Of a stretch of 64,000 bases of DNA, positions 47,664 to 57,298 are shown piece after piece. A model generated the notes under the pieces. That model did not search any database, had not been told where the DNA came from, and saw only the letters and a program-made list of their open reading frames with translations. The stretch lies in the NCBI GenBank assembly GCA_964626665.1, contig CAZVGK010000002.1, positions 1-64,000 on the forward strand. Direction: 5' to 3'. Position 1 is the first letter of the stretch. Each line of letters starts with the position of its first letter. A program made the position numbers and the translations under genes. The stretch is from an uncultured Gemmatimonadota bacterium (GTDB taxonomy: Bacteria; SM23-81; DAOVCL01).

Positions 47664-47840
47664 CAAGGGACGGGGGGCAGTATTCAGCAGTCAGTTCTCA
47701 GGGGCCAGTTTCCGTGGTTCAATTTCCAGGACTCGGGCAAAACCCCTGACAATTGAGTAGTGTTCATGGGCTAAAAGCTGAGTGCTGATTGCTGACAGCT
47801 ATTAAGCGATTTTGTAGTCAATTTCAAAGAGGAGGGTTTT

Positions 47841-48278
47841 ATGAGGTTTTTGAGTGCAGTTATGACTCTGCTTCTGTTGGTCAACCTATGTGTGCCAGCA
47901 GTTGTCTTTGGACAGGAGGAGAAAAAGCCTTACAAGATCGAAGAGCTGGAGAAGCTGATCAAGGCTGGGGTCGTCTCCGACGAACGGATCATTGAACTAT
48001 TGTATGAAAACGGGCTCAGTTTTTACCCCGATGATGAAGCCATAGCCAGGTTGAAAAGGGCTGGGGCAAGTGACGAGGTGATAGAGGCCATGCGCACTGC
48101 TGAGCACCCGCCGAAACCCATAACGATTAAGGAGAAGAAACCAATTTACAAAAGGTGGTGGTTCTTAGGTGCAGCGGCTCTGGTGGTGGGAGGCACAGTG
48201 GCCCTGATAGCCACCAGGGGGGAGGAGAAGGAAAAAGCCCTTCCCGGTTTCCCCGGGCCCCCTAGCACTACTAAATGA
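47841..48278 (+). CDS. Small exported protein with C-terminal membrane anchor
   Basis: Signal peptide; two L..AGVSD-like helical repeats; KKPIYKRWWFLGAAALVVGG...LPGFPGPP tail; RBS GAGGAG. Confidence 0.7.
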   Translation: MRFLSAVMTLLLLVNLCVPAVVFGQEEKKPYKIEELEKLIKAGVVSDERIIELLYENGLSFYPDDEAIARLKRAGASDEVIEAMRTAEHPPKPITIKEKKPIYKRWWFLGAAALVVGGTVALIATRGEEKEKALPGFPGPPSTTK

Positions 48279-48315
48279 TTACATATCAAGATAAACCTCC
48301 TATGAGGAGGCACTT

Positions 48316-48534
48316 ATGGGGAGAATTATATTTGCCCTTTTCTCCCTTGTGGTTTCTTGGGTAATTTTGCTTCTGGAGACTGCTCCCGCTTTTGCTCAGC
48401 TTGACACAGCTTGGGTAAGAAGGTACAATGGGCCGGCAGATACTTCTGATAGAGCTAATGCCATAGACGTAGATGGTTCAGGCAATGTCTATGTAACTGG
48501 GTACAGTTACGGCATTGGGACAAGCGAAGCATAG
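48316..48534 (+). pseudogene. Truncated secreted SBBP-type beta-propeller gene
   Basis: Signal peptide then DTAWVRRYNGP...D.A.AI.VDGSGNVYVTGYS; stops after about one blade. Confidence 0.7.
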
Positions 48535-48587
48535 GTCACAGTATCTATTTCTTGTAAACTATAAACCTGAAAAATGGAGGTTTTCAA

Positions 48588-51500
48588 ATGAGAGGGAAAG
48601 AATTTTTATGTTTTCTGGCTGTGGTTTTGGTAGGGGTTATCGCTATACCGGCATTTGGTCAGAGCCAATTTGTCAAAGCCCTGGGGGGAAGCGACAGTGA
48701 TCAGGGGCGCTCTGTGATAGAGGTTTCCGATGGGGGGTTTGTCGTTGCGGGATTCACTCTCAGTTATGGTGCAGGTTCTTGGGATCTCCTCCTGACCAAG
48801 TTTGATTGTTTTGGGAATCACCTATGGGCAAGAACCCTTGGGGCAACCAACGATGATTTAGCCCTGTCTGTGACAGAAGTTTCTGATGGGGGGTTTGTCG
48901 TTGCCGGATACACTTATAGTTATGGCGCAGGTTATATGGATCTCCTCCTTACCAAGTTCGATGGTTCAGGGAATTGGCTGTGGACAAGAACCGTTGGGGG
49001 AACCGACTCTGATGTTGGGTACTCTGTGATAGAGGTCTCTGATGGGGGGCTTGTCGTTGCTGGATACACTTATAGTTACGGCGCAGGTTATTGTGATCTC
49101 CTCCTCACCAAGTTTGATGGTTCAGGGAATCATCTGTGGACAAGAACCGTTGGGGGAGCCAGTTATGATGTTGCGATCTCTGTGATAGAGGTTTCTGGTG
49201 GAGGGCTTATCGTTGCCGGACATGCTCAGAGTTGGGGAGCAGGTTCTTACGATTTCCTCCTTTCCAAGTTTGATGCTTATGGGAATCACCTGTGGACAAG
49301 AACCCTTGGAGGAGCCACTTATGATGTTGGGTACTCTGTGATAGAGGTTTCTGATGGGGGGCTTGTCGTTGCCGGATACACTACGAGTTATGGCGCAGGT
49401 TCCAATGACCTCCTCCTTTCCAAGTTTGATGGTTCAGGGAATCACCTGTGGACAAGAACCGTTGGGGGAACCAACGATGATATAGGGTTCTCTGTGGTAG
49501 AGGCTTCTGATGGGGGGGTTGTCGTTGCTGGATACACTGGGAGTTATGGCGCAGGTTCTTGGGATTTCCTTCTTACCAAGCTTGACGGTTCAGGGAATCA
49601 CCTGTGGACAAGAACCGTTGGGGGAACCGACTCTGATGTTGGGTACTCTGTGGTAGAGGTCTCTGATGGGGGGTTTGTCGTTGCCGGATACACTCAGAGT
49701 TATGGCACAGGTTATTATGATTTCCTCCTTGCCAAGTTTGATGGTTCAGGGAATACCTGCTGGCAGGAAGTTGTGATTCCCCTCGTCCAGAGCATATCTC
49801 CCACCATAACCTTCCCCTCCCCCACTGTCAACAGTTGGTCGCCGACCATAACCAGTCCAAGCCCCACAGTTACCTCGCCTGATCCAACTACAGTCGCGGT
49901 GTGCGAAATCTATCCGGACATTGATCTTTCTGCAACGAGCTACGACTACGGAGAGGTGATGTTTGGTGACTCAGCCGATTGGACGCTCTTCATCTACAAT
50001 AGGGGCACCTCAGACTTATCGGTTAGCGATCTTACCTCGGAGAATACAGACTTTGCGGTGGTATCTCCAAGTTTCCCGCAGACAGTGGATTCAGAAGACA
50101 GTATAGGAGCGCTGGTAAGGTTTACGCCATCAGAGTTGGGTGAGAGAGTTGACACTTTGACCATCTTCAGTAATGATCCTGATGAGCTGATTTTGCTCTT
50201 TCCCTTGAGTGGGATTGGTAGAGATGCCACTGGCCCAAGCATAACTCACGATTCAATAACCTCAGCCGACGAAGGGAACGAAATTAACATAACCGCTGCT
50301 ATAACGGATGAGGTGACTGGTGTAGAGGTGGCCTTTTTATATTATCGCAGAGGCGGCGAGGCAACTTTCGTCCAACAGACAATGCAGAATACCGATGAGG
50401 ATACCCTCTTCCAGGCTACCATTCCCGGCGCATCCGTTACTGAGAGGGGAGTTCAATACTATATATCAGCCACGGACAGCGCCTCAAATAGGGATTCGAC
50501 GGATGTTTATCCTGTCTCTGTTAGCATTACCGATCTGGCTATTGACGAACCCTTACCATCTGAATCCTACATGATGATATCACTCCCCATCCAGCCTTCT
50601 GATGGCAGTCCTCAAGCCATTTTGGTCGACGATCTGGGTGCTTACGATGACACCAAATGGCGATTAGGTCGATGGAGTCCTGCTAGTAATGGCTATCATG
50701 AGTATACGGTGAATTGGAATGCTACTCAGGATAACTTCCGCACGGGGCGGGGATACTGGCTGATTGTGAAGGATTCGAAGAGGATCGATGTGAGTGGGAC
50801 ATCCGTGGATGTCACTGGAGATTATACTATCGTTTTGCAGCCGGAGTGGAATCAGATCGGTTGCCCCTTTGCCTTTGACATCTGGTGGGATGGGGTCATT
50901 AAGGGGGAGAATGTGCAGGATTATCTGTACCGTTATCATGATGGAGGCTATAAGCCTGCTCCTTACATGAAACCTTGGCAGGGGTATTGGGTAAGGAATT
51001 TAGGTTCTGTTCCTGATACCATTTGGGTTCCTCCAACGGAGGCTGGGTCTACATTACCGAAAGCAGTATCAGCCTCTAGCCTGGAAAAACTTTGGGAAAT
51101 CAAGTTATCTGTGAGATGTGGAAGCTTCGGAGATGGTTACAATTACTTGGGAGTTTCCCCTGATGCCTCAGATGAATGGGATCGTTTAGATTTCTTCGAA
51201 CCACCCCCGGCTTGGACCTATGTTTCCTTATACTTCCCTCACAAAGATCAAAGGTTACAACCTGGAGATTATACTACCGATTTCAGGCCAGAGTTTGACG
51301 ATGGCCAGATCTGGGAGTTTGACGTTAAGACAAATATCTCGCTATCTGATATGGAGCTCAACATAGATCAGATAGAGTCAGTTCCTACAAAGTTCGAGGT
51401 TTACCTTTTCGATATTGAGAGACACCGGGTTCTGAACCTGAGAGACGAGAGCAGATACTGCTTCAATTCTGGTGAGAGCGATAGAGAATTCAGAGTAGCC

Positions 51501-51839
51501 ATCGGAACTCCCGAATACATCCACAAGGTTATGGGTGAATTTTCTTCCATACCTGCTGAATTCTCCCTCTCCCAGAACTACCCCAATCCATTTAATCCAA
51601 CTACAGCTATCAGCTATCAGCTATCAGGGGTCAGTCCGCACCCTACCACCCTGAAAATTTACAATATCTTGGGGCAGGAGGTGAGAACTTTAGTGGATAG
51701 AGAACAAGCCCCTGGCTACTACTCGGTGAGATGGGATGGGCGGGATGGTTTGGGAAAAGAGGTCTCCAGCGGGGTTTACTTTTACCGGCTAAAGGCAGGA
51801 AACTACACTCAGATTAAACGGATGATCTTGCTTAAGTGA
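48588..51839 (+). CDS. Secreted 7-blade beta-propeller + Ig-like domains + FlgD-Ig/T9SS-like CTD
   Basis: Seven 52-aa repeats SV.EVSDGG.VVAG.T.SYGAG..D.LL.KFDGSGN.LWTRT.GG; S/P/T linker; I.N.G...L...SNDPDE Ig domain; QNYPNPFNP CTD. Confidence 0.85.
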   Translation: MRGKEFLCFLAVVLVGVIAIPAFGQSQFVKALGGSDSDQGRSVIEVSDGGFVVAGFTLSYGAGSWDLLLTKFDCFGNHLWARTLGATNDDLALSVTEVSDGGFVVAGYTYSYGAGYMDLLLTKFDGSGNWLWTRTVGGTDSDVGYSVIEVSDGGLVVAGYTYSYGAGYCDLLLTKFDGSGNHLWTRTVGGASYDVAISVIEVSGGGLIVAGHAQSWGAGSYDFLLSKFDAYGNHLWTRTLGGATYDVGYSVIEVSDGGLVVAGYTTSYGAGSNDLLLSKFDGSGNHLWTRTVGGTNDDIGFSVVEASDGGVVVAGYTGSYGAGSWDFLLTKLDGSGNHLWTRTVGGTDSDVGYSVVEVSDGGFVVAGYTQSYGTGYYDFLLAKFDGSGNTCWQEVVIPLVQSISPTITFPSPTVNSWSPTITSPSPTVTSPDPTTVAVCEIYPDIDLSATSYDYGEVMFGDSADWTLFIYNRGTSDLSVSDLTSENTDFAVVSPSFPQTVDSEDSIGALVRFTPSELGERVDTLTIFSNDPDELILLFPLSGIGRDATGPSITHDSITSADEGNEINITAAITDEVTGVEVAFLYYRRGGEATFVQQTMQNTDEDTLFQATIPGASVTERGVQYYISATDSASNRDSTDVYPVSVSITDLAIDEPLPSESYMMISLPIQPSDGSPQAILVDDLGAYDDTKWRLGRWSPASNGYHEYTVNWNATQDNFRTGRGYWLIVKDSKRIDVSGTSVDVTGDYTIVLQPEWNQIGCPFAFDIWWDGVIKGENVQDYLYRYHDGGYKPAPYMKPWQGYWVRNLGSVPDTIWVPPTEAGSTLPKAVSASSLEKLWEIKLSVRCGSFGDGYNYLGVSPDASDEWDRLDFFEPPPAWTYVSLYFPHKDQRLQPGDYTTDFRPEFDDGQIWEFDVKTNISLSDMELNIDQIESVPTKFEVYLFDIERHRVLNLRDESRYCFNSGESDREFRVAIGTPEYIHKVMGEFSSIPAEFSLSQNYPNPFNPTTAISYQLSGVSPHPTTLKIYNILGQEVRTLVDREQAPGYYSVRWDGRDGLGKEVSSGVYFYRLKAGNYTQIKRMILLK

Positions 51840-51863
51840 GAGTTTCTTGTCCCTTGAAACATT

Positions 51864-51898
51864 AAACCTCCCGCAGGTTTGAAACCTGCGGGAGGTTT
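51864..51898. terminator. Perfect hairpin, probable (bidirectional) terminator
   Basis: AAACCTCCCGCAGGTTT-G-AAACCTGCGGGAGGTTT, 24 bp after the stop, between convergent genes. Confidence 0.6.
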
Positions 51899-52366
51899 CT
51901 ATTTGGCTTGTTAGGGGCAAGAACCCCCTCAGCACAGGGGAAGGTATAGAGAAGTTGAGGTTCGTCTATTTTTGAAACTCATCATTTAGGCTGATCTTCA
52001 TCAATAGGCAGGTGCGCCTCCTGGGCCTCCCGGGTTCCTGTCTAAAGGGAAGCAACCTTACCCGGATTATTCATAGACTTCAACTACGAAGGCACTAAGC
52101 CATTAAGAATATGAGAAATCAGAACACTTTGTTTTGTAAATTGAATTACTCTGCATTGGTCTTTGACCTTATTATTCTATCCCCTATTCTACCAACACTT
52201 TGAGGCTTGGGGGCTTTGTGGCGTGAATAATTCAGGTTAGTGCCCTGAGATCATAACCCTTGAGGATCTCGGTTTGATTGCGCGAGGAGACAAAACCTTA
52301 GACCATAATAAAATACCGCCATAACATCCAGGGGGGAGTGGAAACTTTTTATAGGTGATCCAACTT

Positions 52367-53647
52367 TTACCCATATCTAAACCACTTCACCAGCTCTGGC
52401 AGGCTTGGCCTCTTGCCATACATCAGGATCCCCACCCGATAGATCCTGCTTACCACCCAGACCATAGCAACGATAGATGAACCAAGCAGAACCAGGGAGA
52501 GGAGAATCTGCCAGAGAGGTGGGGTCTGCACGGCTATACGGGTAAACATAATTATGGGGGCAAAGAAGGGAATAAGGGAGAAGAGAACGGCAAGTCCTGA
52601 GTTCGGATTTCCAATCACATAGAACATTAGCATAAAGGGGATGATCAACAAGGCCACTAAGGGCATCTGAAGATGTTGGGCATCCTCATCGGAGCTGACC
52701 ATCGCCCCTACTCCGGCATAAAGGGTAGCATAGAGGAAGTAGCCCAGGAGGAAGAAGAGGACGAAGAAGAAGAGAAGCGATATGGGAATCCCCGGGAGGG
52801 ATAAGGGACCCATCTCCCCGGCAAGAGAGCTCACTAAACTCCTTCCATAAAGGGAGAGCCCCCCCACTATCAGAGACCAGATAAGAAACTGGGTAAGACC
52901 CACCCCTCCAACCCCCAAGATCTTCCCGGCCATAAGCTGAAAGGGCTTGACGGCCGAGACTATCACCTCCACCATCCGGGAGCTTTTCTCCTCTATCACT
53001 CCCCGCATAACCATCACCCCATAGATTATAAGGGATATGTAGAGAAAGAAGACCAAAATGTAGGTGATCATAAAGGTGGCACCAGTATCCTCCTCCTCCT
53101 TCCCCCGACCTGTTACCTTGAAAGTCCTCAGGTTTACCCCCTTAGCCAGTTTCCTAACCCTCTCAGGGTCAAGCCCACTGTTGCTTAACCTGAAATGGGA
53201 TACTGCCTTAGAAACCGCTCCCTCCAGATTCTCGTTCACCCTAAAGTTGCTTACATTCCGGGCATAGAACTGCGCCTGGTTTCTCTCAAAGATATCTTTG
53301 GGGATAACCAAATAGCCATCAATTTCTCCTTCATCAACCTTTTCGGTAAGCTCCTTACGAACCTCTGGCAACTCTTCAGGAGATGTCTCAACCTTGGAGA
53401 GTTTATAGAGGCTAATCCCGCCCTTTGTGGTATCTTTTAAGGCGGCCTTTAAACCAGGGAAGATTCTGTCCGTCTGGTCAATAATGAATATCTTCTTTGG
53501 TTTCTCGCTTTTCAGAGTCATCAAAAGAGCAGGGGCTACGGTGAGAATCCCAATAACAATTGGCATAGCCAGGGTGCCGATGATGAAGCCTTTTGTCCTC
53601 ACCCTGGTCAGATATTCCCTCTTTATCACAGCACCCACCTTTCTCAT
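52367..53647 (-). CDS. ABC-2 type exporter permease (NatB/YhaP-like)
   Basis: KREY..RV..KGF, V.EEKSSR.VEVIVS.V.P.QLM.GKI.G, YR.GILMYGK.P. Confidence 0.92.
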   Translation of the reverse strand: MRKVGAVIKREYLTRVRTKGFIIGTLAMPIVIGILTVAPALLMTLKSEKPKKIFIIDQTDRIFPGLKAALKDTTKGGISLYKLSKVETSPEELPEVRKELTEKVDEGEIDGYLVIPKDIFERNQAQFYARNVSNFRVNENLEGAVSKAVSHFRLSNSGLDPERVRKLAKGVNLRTFKVTGRGKEEEDTGATFMITYILVFFLYISLIIYGVMVMRGVIEEKSSRMVEVIVSAVKPFQLMAGKILGVGGVGLTQFLIWSLIVGGLSLYGRSLVSSLAGEMGPLSLPGIPISLLFFFVLFFLLGYFLYATLYAGVGAMVSSDEDAQHLQMPLVALLIIPFMLMFYVIGNPNSGLAVLFSLIPFFAPIIMFTRIAVQTPPLWQILLSLVLLGSSIVAMVWVVSRIYRVGILMYGKRPSLPELVKWFRYG

Positions 53648-54546
53648 CTCTCTCCCCTCTGCACGGTCTTGATGAATATCTCATTTAGCGATGGTTCAAC
53701 CAGCTCAAACTTGGAGATAATCACCTCCTTAGTGGCTCTCCGCAAGATCTCCTGAGGATTGACTCCTACAGAGGGACGGACCTCCACATATCTTCCGTAA
53801 TCATCAAAGTTTTCCACGATTCCCCTATCCTGGAGAAAATCGGCTTGCCCCTCATATTCTAACACAATCATATTCTTCCCATAGCTGGCTTTTATCCCAT
53901 TTAGATTGCCATCCAGCACCTTCCTCCCCTCGTTTATCAGGCAGATTTGGTCGCAGAGCTTTTCGGCCTGTTCCATCAGATGGGTAGAGAGGATGATGGA
54001 TACCCCCTTCTTCTTCTCCTCCAACATCACCTCCTTGACCAAGTTGATATTTAGCGGATCCAGGCCGGTAAAAGGCTCATCTAAGATGGCTAACTGGGGA
54101 GAGTGGAGCAGGGTAACAATAAACTGCAGCTTCTGCTGCATCCCCCGGGAGAGTTCCTCCACCTTTTTCCCTCCCCAAGCGGAGAGGTCAAACCTCTCCA
54201 GCCAATTATTTATCCTTTCCTTAGCAATTGTCTTTTTAACCCCCTTTAACTCGGCGAGAAAATAGAGCAAGGGTTCGACCTTCATCTTGCGGTAGAGCCC
54301 CCTCTCCTCAGGGAGGTATCCCACCCTGTCCCGGATTGAGGAGGAATTAGGCTTGCCGAGGATGGTTATCTCCCCTCTGTCTGGGGCCAGGATATCCATA
54401 ATCATCCTAATTGTGGTGGTTTTCCCTGCACCGTTAGGGCCTAAAAGGCCATAGATACACCCCCCCTCCACACTAAGGTCAAGCTCCTTGACCGCATCGA
54501 TGCTGCCAAAGGACTTGGTTACACCCCTCAGGGTCAGTAATTCCAC
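53644..54546 (-). CDS. ABC exporter ATP-binding subunit (YhaQ-like)
   Basis: GPNGAGKTT, GYLPEERGLY, LSRGMQQK, ILDEPFTGLDP, STH, PSLNEIF. Confidence 0.94.
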   Translation of the reverse strand: MELLTLRGVTKSFGSIDAVKELDLSVEGGCIYGLLGPNGAGKTTTIRMIMDILAPDRGEITILGKPNSSSIRDRVGYLPEERGLYRKMKVEPLLYFLAELKGVKKTIAKERINNWLERFDLSAWGGKKVEELSRGMQQKLQFIVTLLHSPQLAILDEPFTGLDPLNINLVKEVMLEEKKKGVSIILSTHLMEQAEKLCDQICLINEGRKVLDGNLNGIKASYGKNMIVLEYEGQADFLQDRGIVENFDDYGRYVEVRPSVGVNPQEILRRATKEVIISKFELVEPSLNEIFIKTVQRGER

Positions 54547-55043
54547 TTATCCTCCCTGGCCTGTATGCTCGTTTTAACAATGGCCATCTTAATGTAAAAG
54601 CCAGTTTGGCCCAGACAAAAATGGCCCCAGCTCTGATGGACTTCTCTAATTGGATCAACCCTATTGTCACCTAATATAACGGGTTAATTCCCCACTGTCA
54701 ACAACTACTATTTTAGCTGGAACCGCAAGGAGATGCAATCCCGGGTTTTATCTCCGGATTAAGCATTTTAACAAAACATCAATTTTTCAGCAGTTCCAGT
54801 GCCACCCAGCGCTTGTTCGCCTAATTTAATAGGCCGGGTAGGTTAATGGATAAGTGCCCTCAGGCAAATTCCCTCAGATTTGCCTTGTATTTTGAAAAAA
54901 AGAGGGTATTATTAAAGGGAGCAACCCCCATTTGGCAAGGGCTCACCTCAATAAAAGATAGCGGAGTTAAAGGGAACCTGGGAAAGGGGAGCTGGGTTAC
55001 TAAGGGGGCAAAATTTAACTGGAGCATTAGGGAGGTGTTTAAA

Positions 55044-55364
55044 ATGATCGAGCTGCTCAGAAAGACCTTGCTGATGGGGATAGGTGCGGCCACCCTCACC
55101 AAGGAGAAGATAGATGGTCTGGTCGATGAGTTAGTGAAAAAGGGAGAGATAGCCAGCAAGGAGGGACCTGAGTTAGTGAAGGAGTTTCTGGAGGAGTCTC
55201 AAAAGGCTAAGAAGGAGCTGGAGAAAAGAGTAGATGAGGCCACCCAGAAGGCCTTAAAGAAGCTGAATTTGGCCAGCGGAACGGAGATGAAGGAGCTTAA
55301 GGCCAGGGTAAAGGAGCTGGAAAAGAGGATGGGAGATGAATCGGGCTCGGGAGGTATTTCCTAA
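55044..55364 (+). CDS. Phasin-like / PhaF-type small coiled-coil protein
   Basis: LL.GIGA..LTKEK....VDELVKKGEI...EG; RBS GGAGGTG before ATG 55044; typical partner of AarF kinases. Confidence 0.8.
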   Translation: MIELLRKTLLMGIGAATLTKEKIDGLVDELVKKGEIASKEGPELVKEFLEESQKAKKELEKRVDEATQKALKKLNLASGTEMKELKARVKELEKRMGDESGSGGIS

Positions 55365-55423
55365 GAATGTTCCTTGGTCTTAGCCAGATCGGGCAGGAGA
55401 TAGCATCATTGGTCGCCTGAACA

Positions 55424-57118
55424 ATGACAGCTAAGAATCTGATCAGATTAGGGAAAGCCTACCGTCACCTAAAAAGATATCGCCAAATTATCGAGGTGAT
55501 GATCAAGTATGGCTTTGGCGATATCTTGGAGAGGCTGAGGATTGAGGCCTATCTGAGGATTCGCCCCCGGGTTTTCTCCAAATCCAAAGGTAAGGAACTG
55601 ATCAGAGCGAGAGAGGCCGAGAGGGTGAGAATGGCCTTGGAGGAGCTTGGCCCCACCTTCGTCAAATTGGGGCAAGTGCTCAGCCTGCGGCCTGATTTAA
55701 TTCCCTGGAACTTCGTTAGGGAATTTCGCAAGCTGCAGGATGAGGTCTCCCCCTTTGGATATGAAGAGGTGGACAGGCTAATAGAGGAGCAGTTGGGAGG
55801 TCGGCCAAAGAACCTCTTCAAGCGGTTTGACCCACTGCCCCTGGCCGCAGCCTCCCTCTCCCAGGTCCATCCTGGGATCACCCTAAAGGGTGAGGAGGTA
55901 GTCATCAAGGTGCAACGCCCCCAGATCAAGGAAACTGTGGAGGCAGATGTGGAGATACTCTATGATTTAGCTAAGCTTGCTGAGAGGCAAATAGCTGAGT
56001 TCAGGCCTTATGATCCGGTGGGGATAGTTGAAGAATTTTCCGCCTCGATCCGTCGGGAGCTTGACTTTATCCGGGAAGGAAGAAGCATTGAGAGGTTTGC
56101 CTACAATTTCCAGGATGACCCCACAGTTTATGTGCCACGGGTGTTTTGGGGGTTGACCACCTCAAAGGTTTTGACTATGGAACGAATTCGGGGGATAAAG
56201 GTCTCCCAGATGAAAGAGCTCAGGGAAGCGGGCCTGGACCCTCAACAGATAGCCATAAATGGGGCCCAAGCCATATTGAAACAGATATTTGAGTATGGCT
56301 TCTTTCATGCCGATCCCCATCCGGGCAATATCTTTGTCCTCAAGGGAAATGTCATTGCCCCTTTGGACTATGGGATGATGGGTAGGTTGGACGATGAGAT
56401 GAAAGAGGCGTTGGGAGCGCTCCTCGCCGCCCTGGTTAATAAGGATGTAAAGAGGACAACCAAACTCCTCTTGAGGATGGGAGTGGCTCAGGAGGAGATA
56501 GACAGAAGGGGGTTCGAACGGGAAGTGGATGAACTTCTCAATTGCTACATAGGAATTCCTTTGAGCCAATTGGATATGAAAAATATCTTTAATGAAATCT
56601 TCCCCCTTCTCTCCAAATACCGCTTAAGGATCCCCTCTGATTTTGCCCTTATGGGTAGGGCGCTGGTAACCGCCGAGGGGGTAGGAAGGGGATTAGACCC
56701 TGAGTTCGATATCCTCCCTTTGGCTAAACCCTATGTAAAAAAGCTTATGCTCAAAAGGATAGGTCTGCGGCGGGGGCTAAGGGCATTGCAGGACCTCTGG
56801 GAAGATCTCAGTGACCTCTTTACCCATCTCCCAGGGGATATCGAGCAGATACTCGCTAAGACCAAAAGGGGAGAGCTGGTGGTCAAGTTCGAACACCAGG
56901 GTTTGGAACATCTCATCCTAGCCTTAGACAAGTCGAGCAATCGGCTCTCCTTTAGCCTGATCATAGCCGCCCTGATTATCGGTTCCTCCCTGGTGATGCA
57001 GTTAAACAAGGGCCCACAGCTCTTTGGCTTTCCGGTTTTTGGTGTTTTAGGATTTCTTATTGCCGGTCTCTTTGGTCTCTGGTTGGTGGTGGCCATATTA
57101 AGGTCTGGCAGGTTGTAG
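55424..57118 (+). CDS. AarF/UbiB (ABC1) family kinase
   Basis: LEELGPTFVKLGQ.LS.RPD, LAAASLSQVH, KVQRP, ELDF..EG, FFHADPHPGN, LDYGM.G; C-terminal TMs. Confidence 0.93.
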   Translation: MTAKNLIRLGKAYRHLKRYRQIIEVMIKYGFGDILERLRIEAYLRIRPRVFSKSKGKELIRAREAERVRMALEELGPTFVKLGQVLSLRPDLIPWNFVREFRKLQDEVSPFGYEEVDRLIEEQLGGRPKNLFKRFDPLPLAAASLSQVHPGITLKGEEVVIKVQRPQIKETVEADVEILYDLAKLAERQIAEFRPYDPVGIVEEFSASIRRELDFIREGRSIERFAYNFQDDPTVYVPRVFWGLTTSKVLTMERIRGIKVSQMKELREAGLDPQQIAINGAQAILKQIFEYGFFHADPHPGNIFVLKGNVIAPLDYGMMGRLDDEMKEALGALLAALVNKDVKRTTKLLLRMGVAQEEIDRRGFEREVDELLNCYIGIPLSQLDMKNIFNEIFPLLSKYRLRIPSDFALMGRALVTAEGVGRGLDPEFDILPLAKPYVKKLMLKRIGLRRGLRALQDLWEDLSDLFTHLPGDIEQILAKTKRGELVVKFEHQGLEHLILALDKSSNRLSFSLIIAALIIGSSLVMQLNKGPQLFGFPVFGVLGFLIAGLFGLWLVVAILRSGRL

Positions 57119-57298
57119 TGCGGGTTAAAGGCCTTCATGCTCCTCTCTGGGGCTGAAGCCCCAGGAACCCCGGCTATTCCCCCCGAACCGGACGGATCGG
57201 GAAAGCCGGATAGAGCGAGATTGCTTCGTCTGCCTGTGACACGCAGACAGGTCGCTTCGCTTCCTGCAATTACCAATAAAGGAAGGCGAATAGATAAG

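Noticed and set aside
54846-55043. N-terminal extensions in the ORF track (phasin 54846; also DUF3842 57137, RAYT 27756/36874, DUF3078 21636)
   Set aside because: Extensions cross promoter or repeat DNA; better RBS-linked or family-consistent starts lie downstream.
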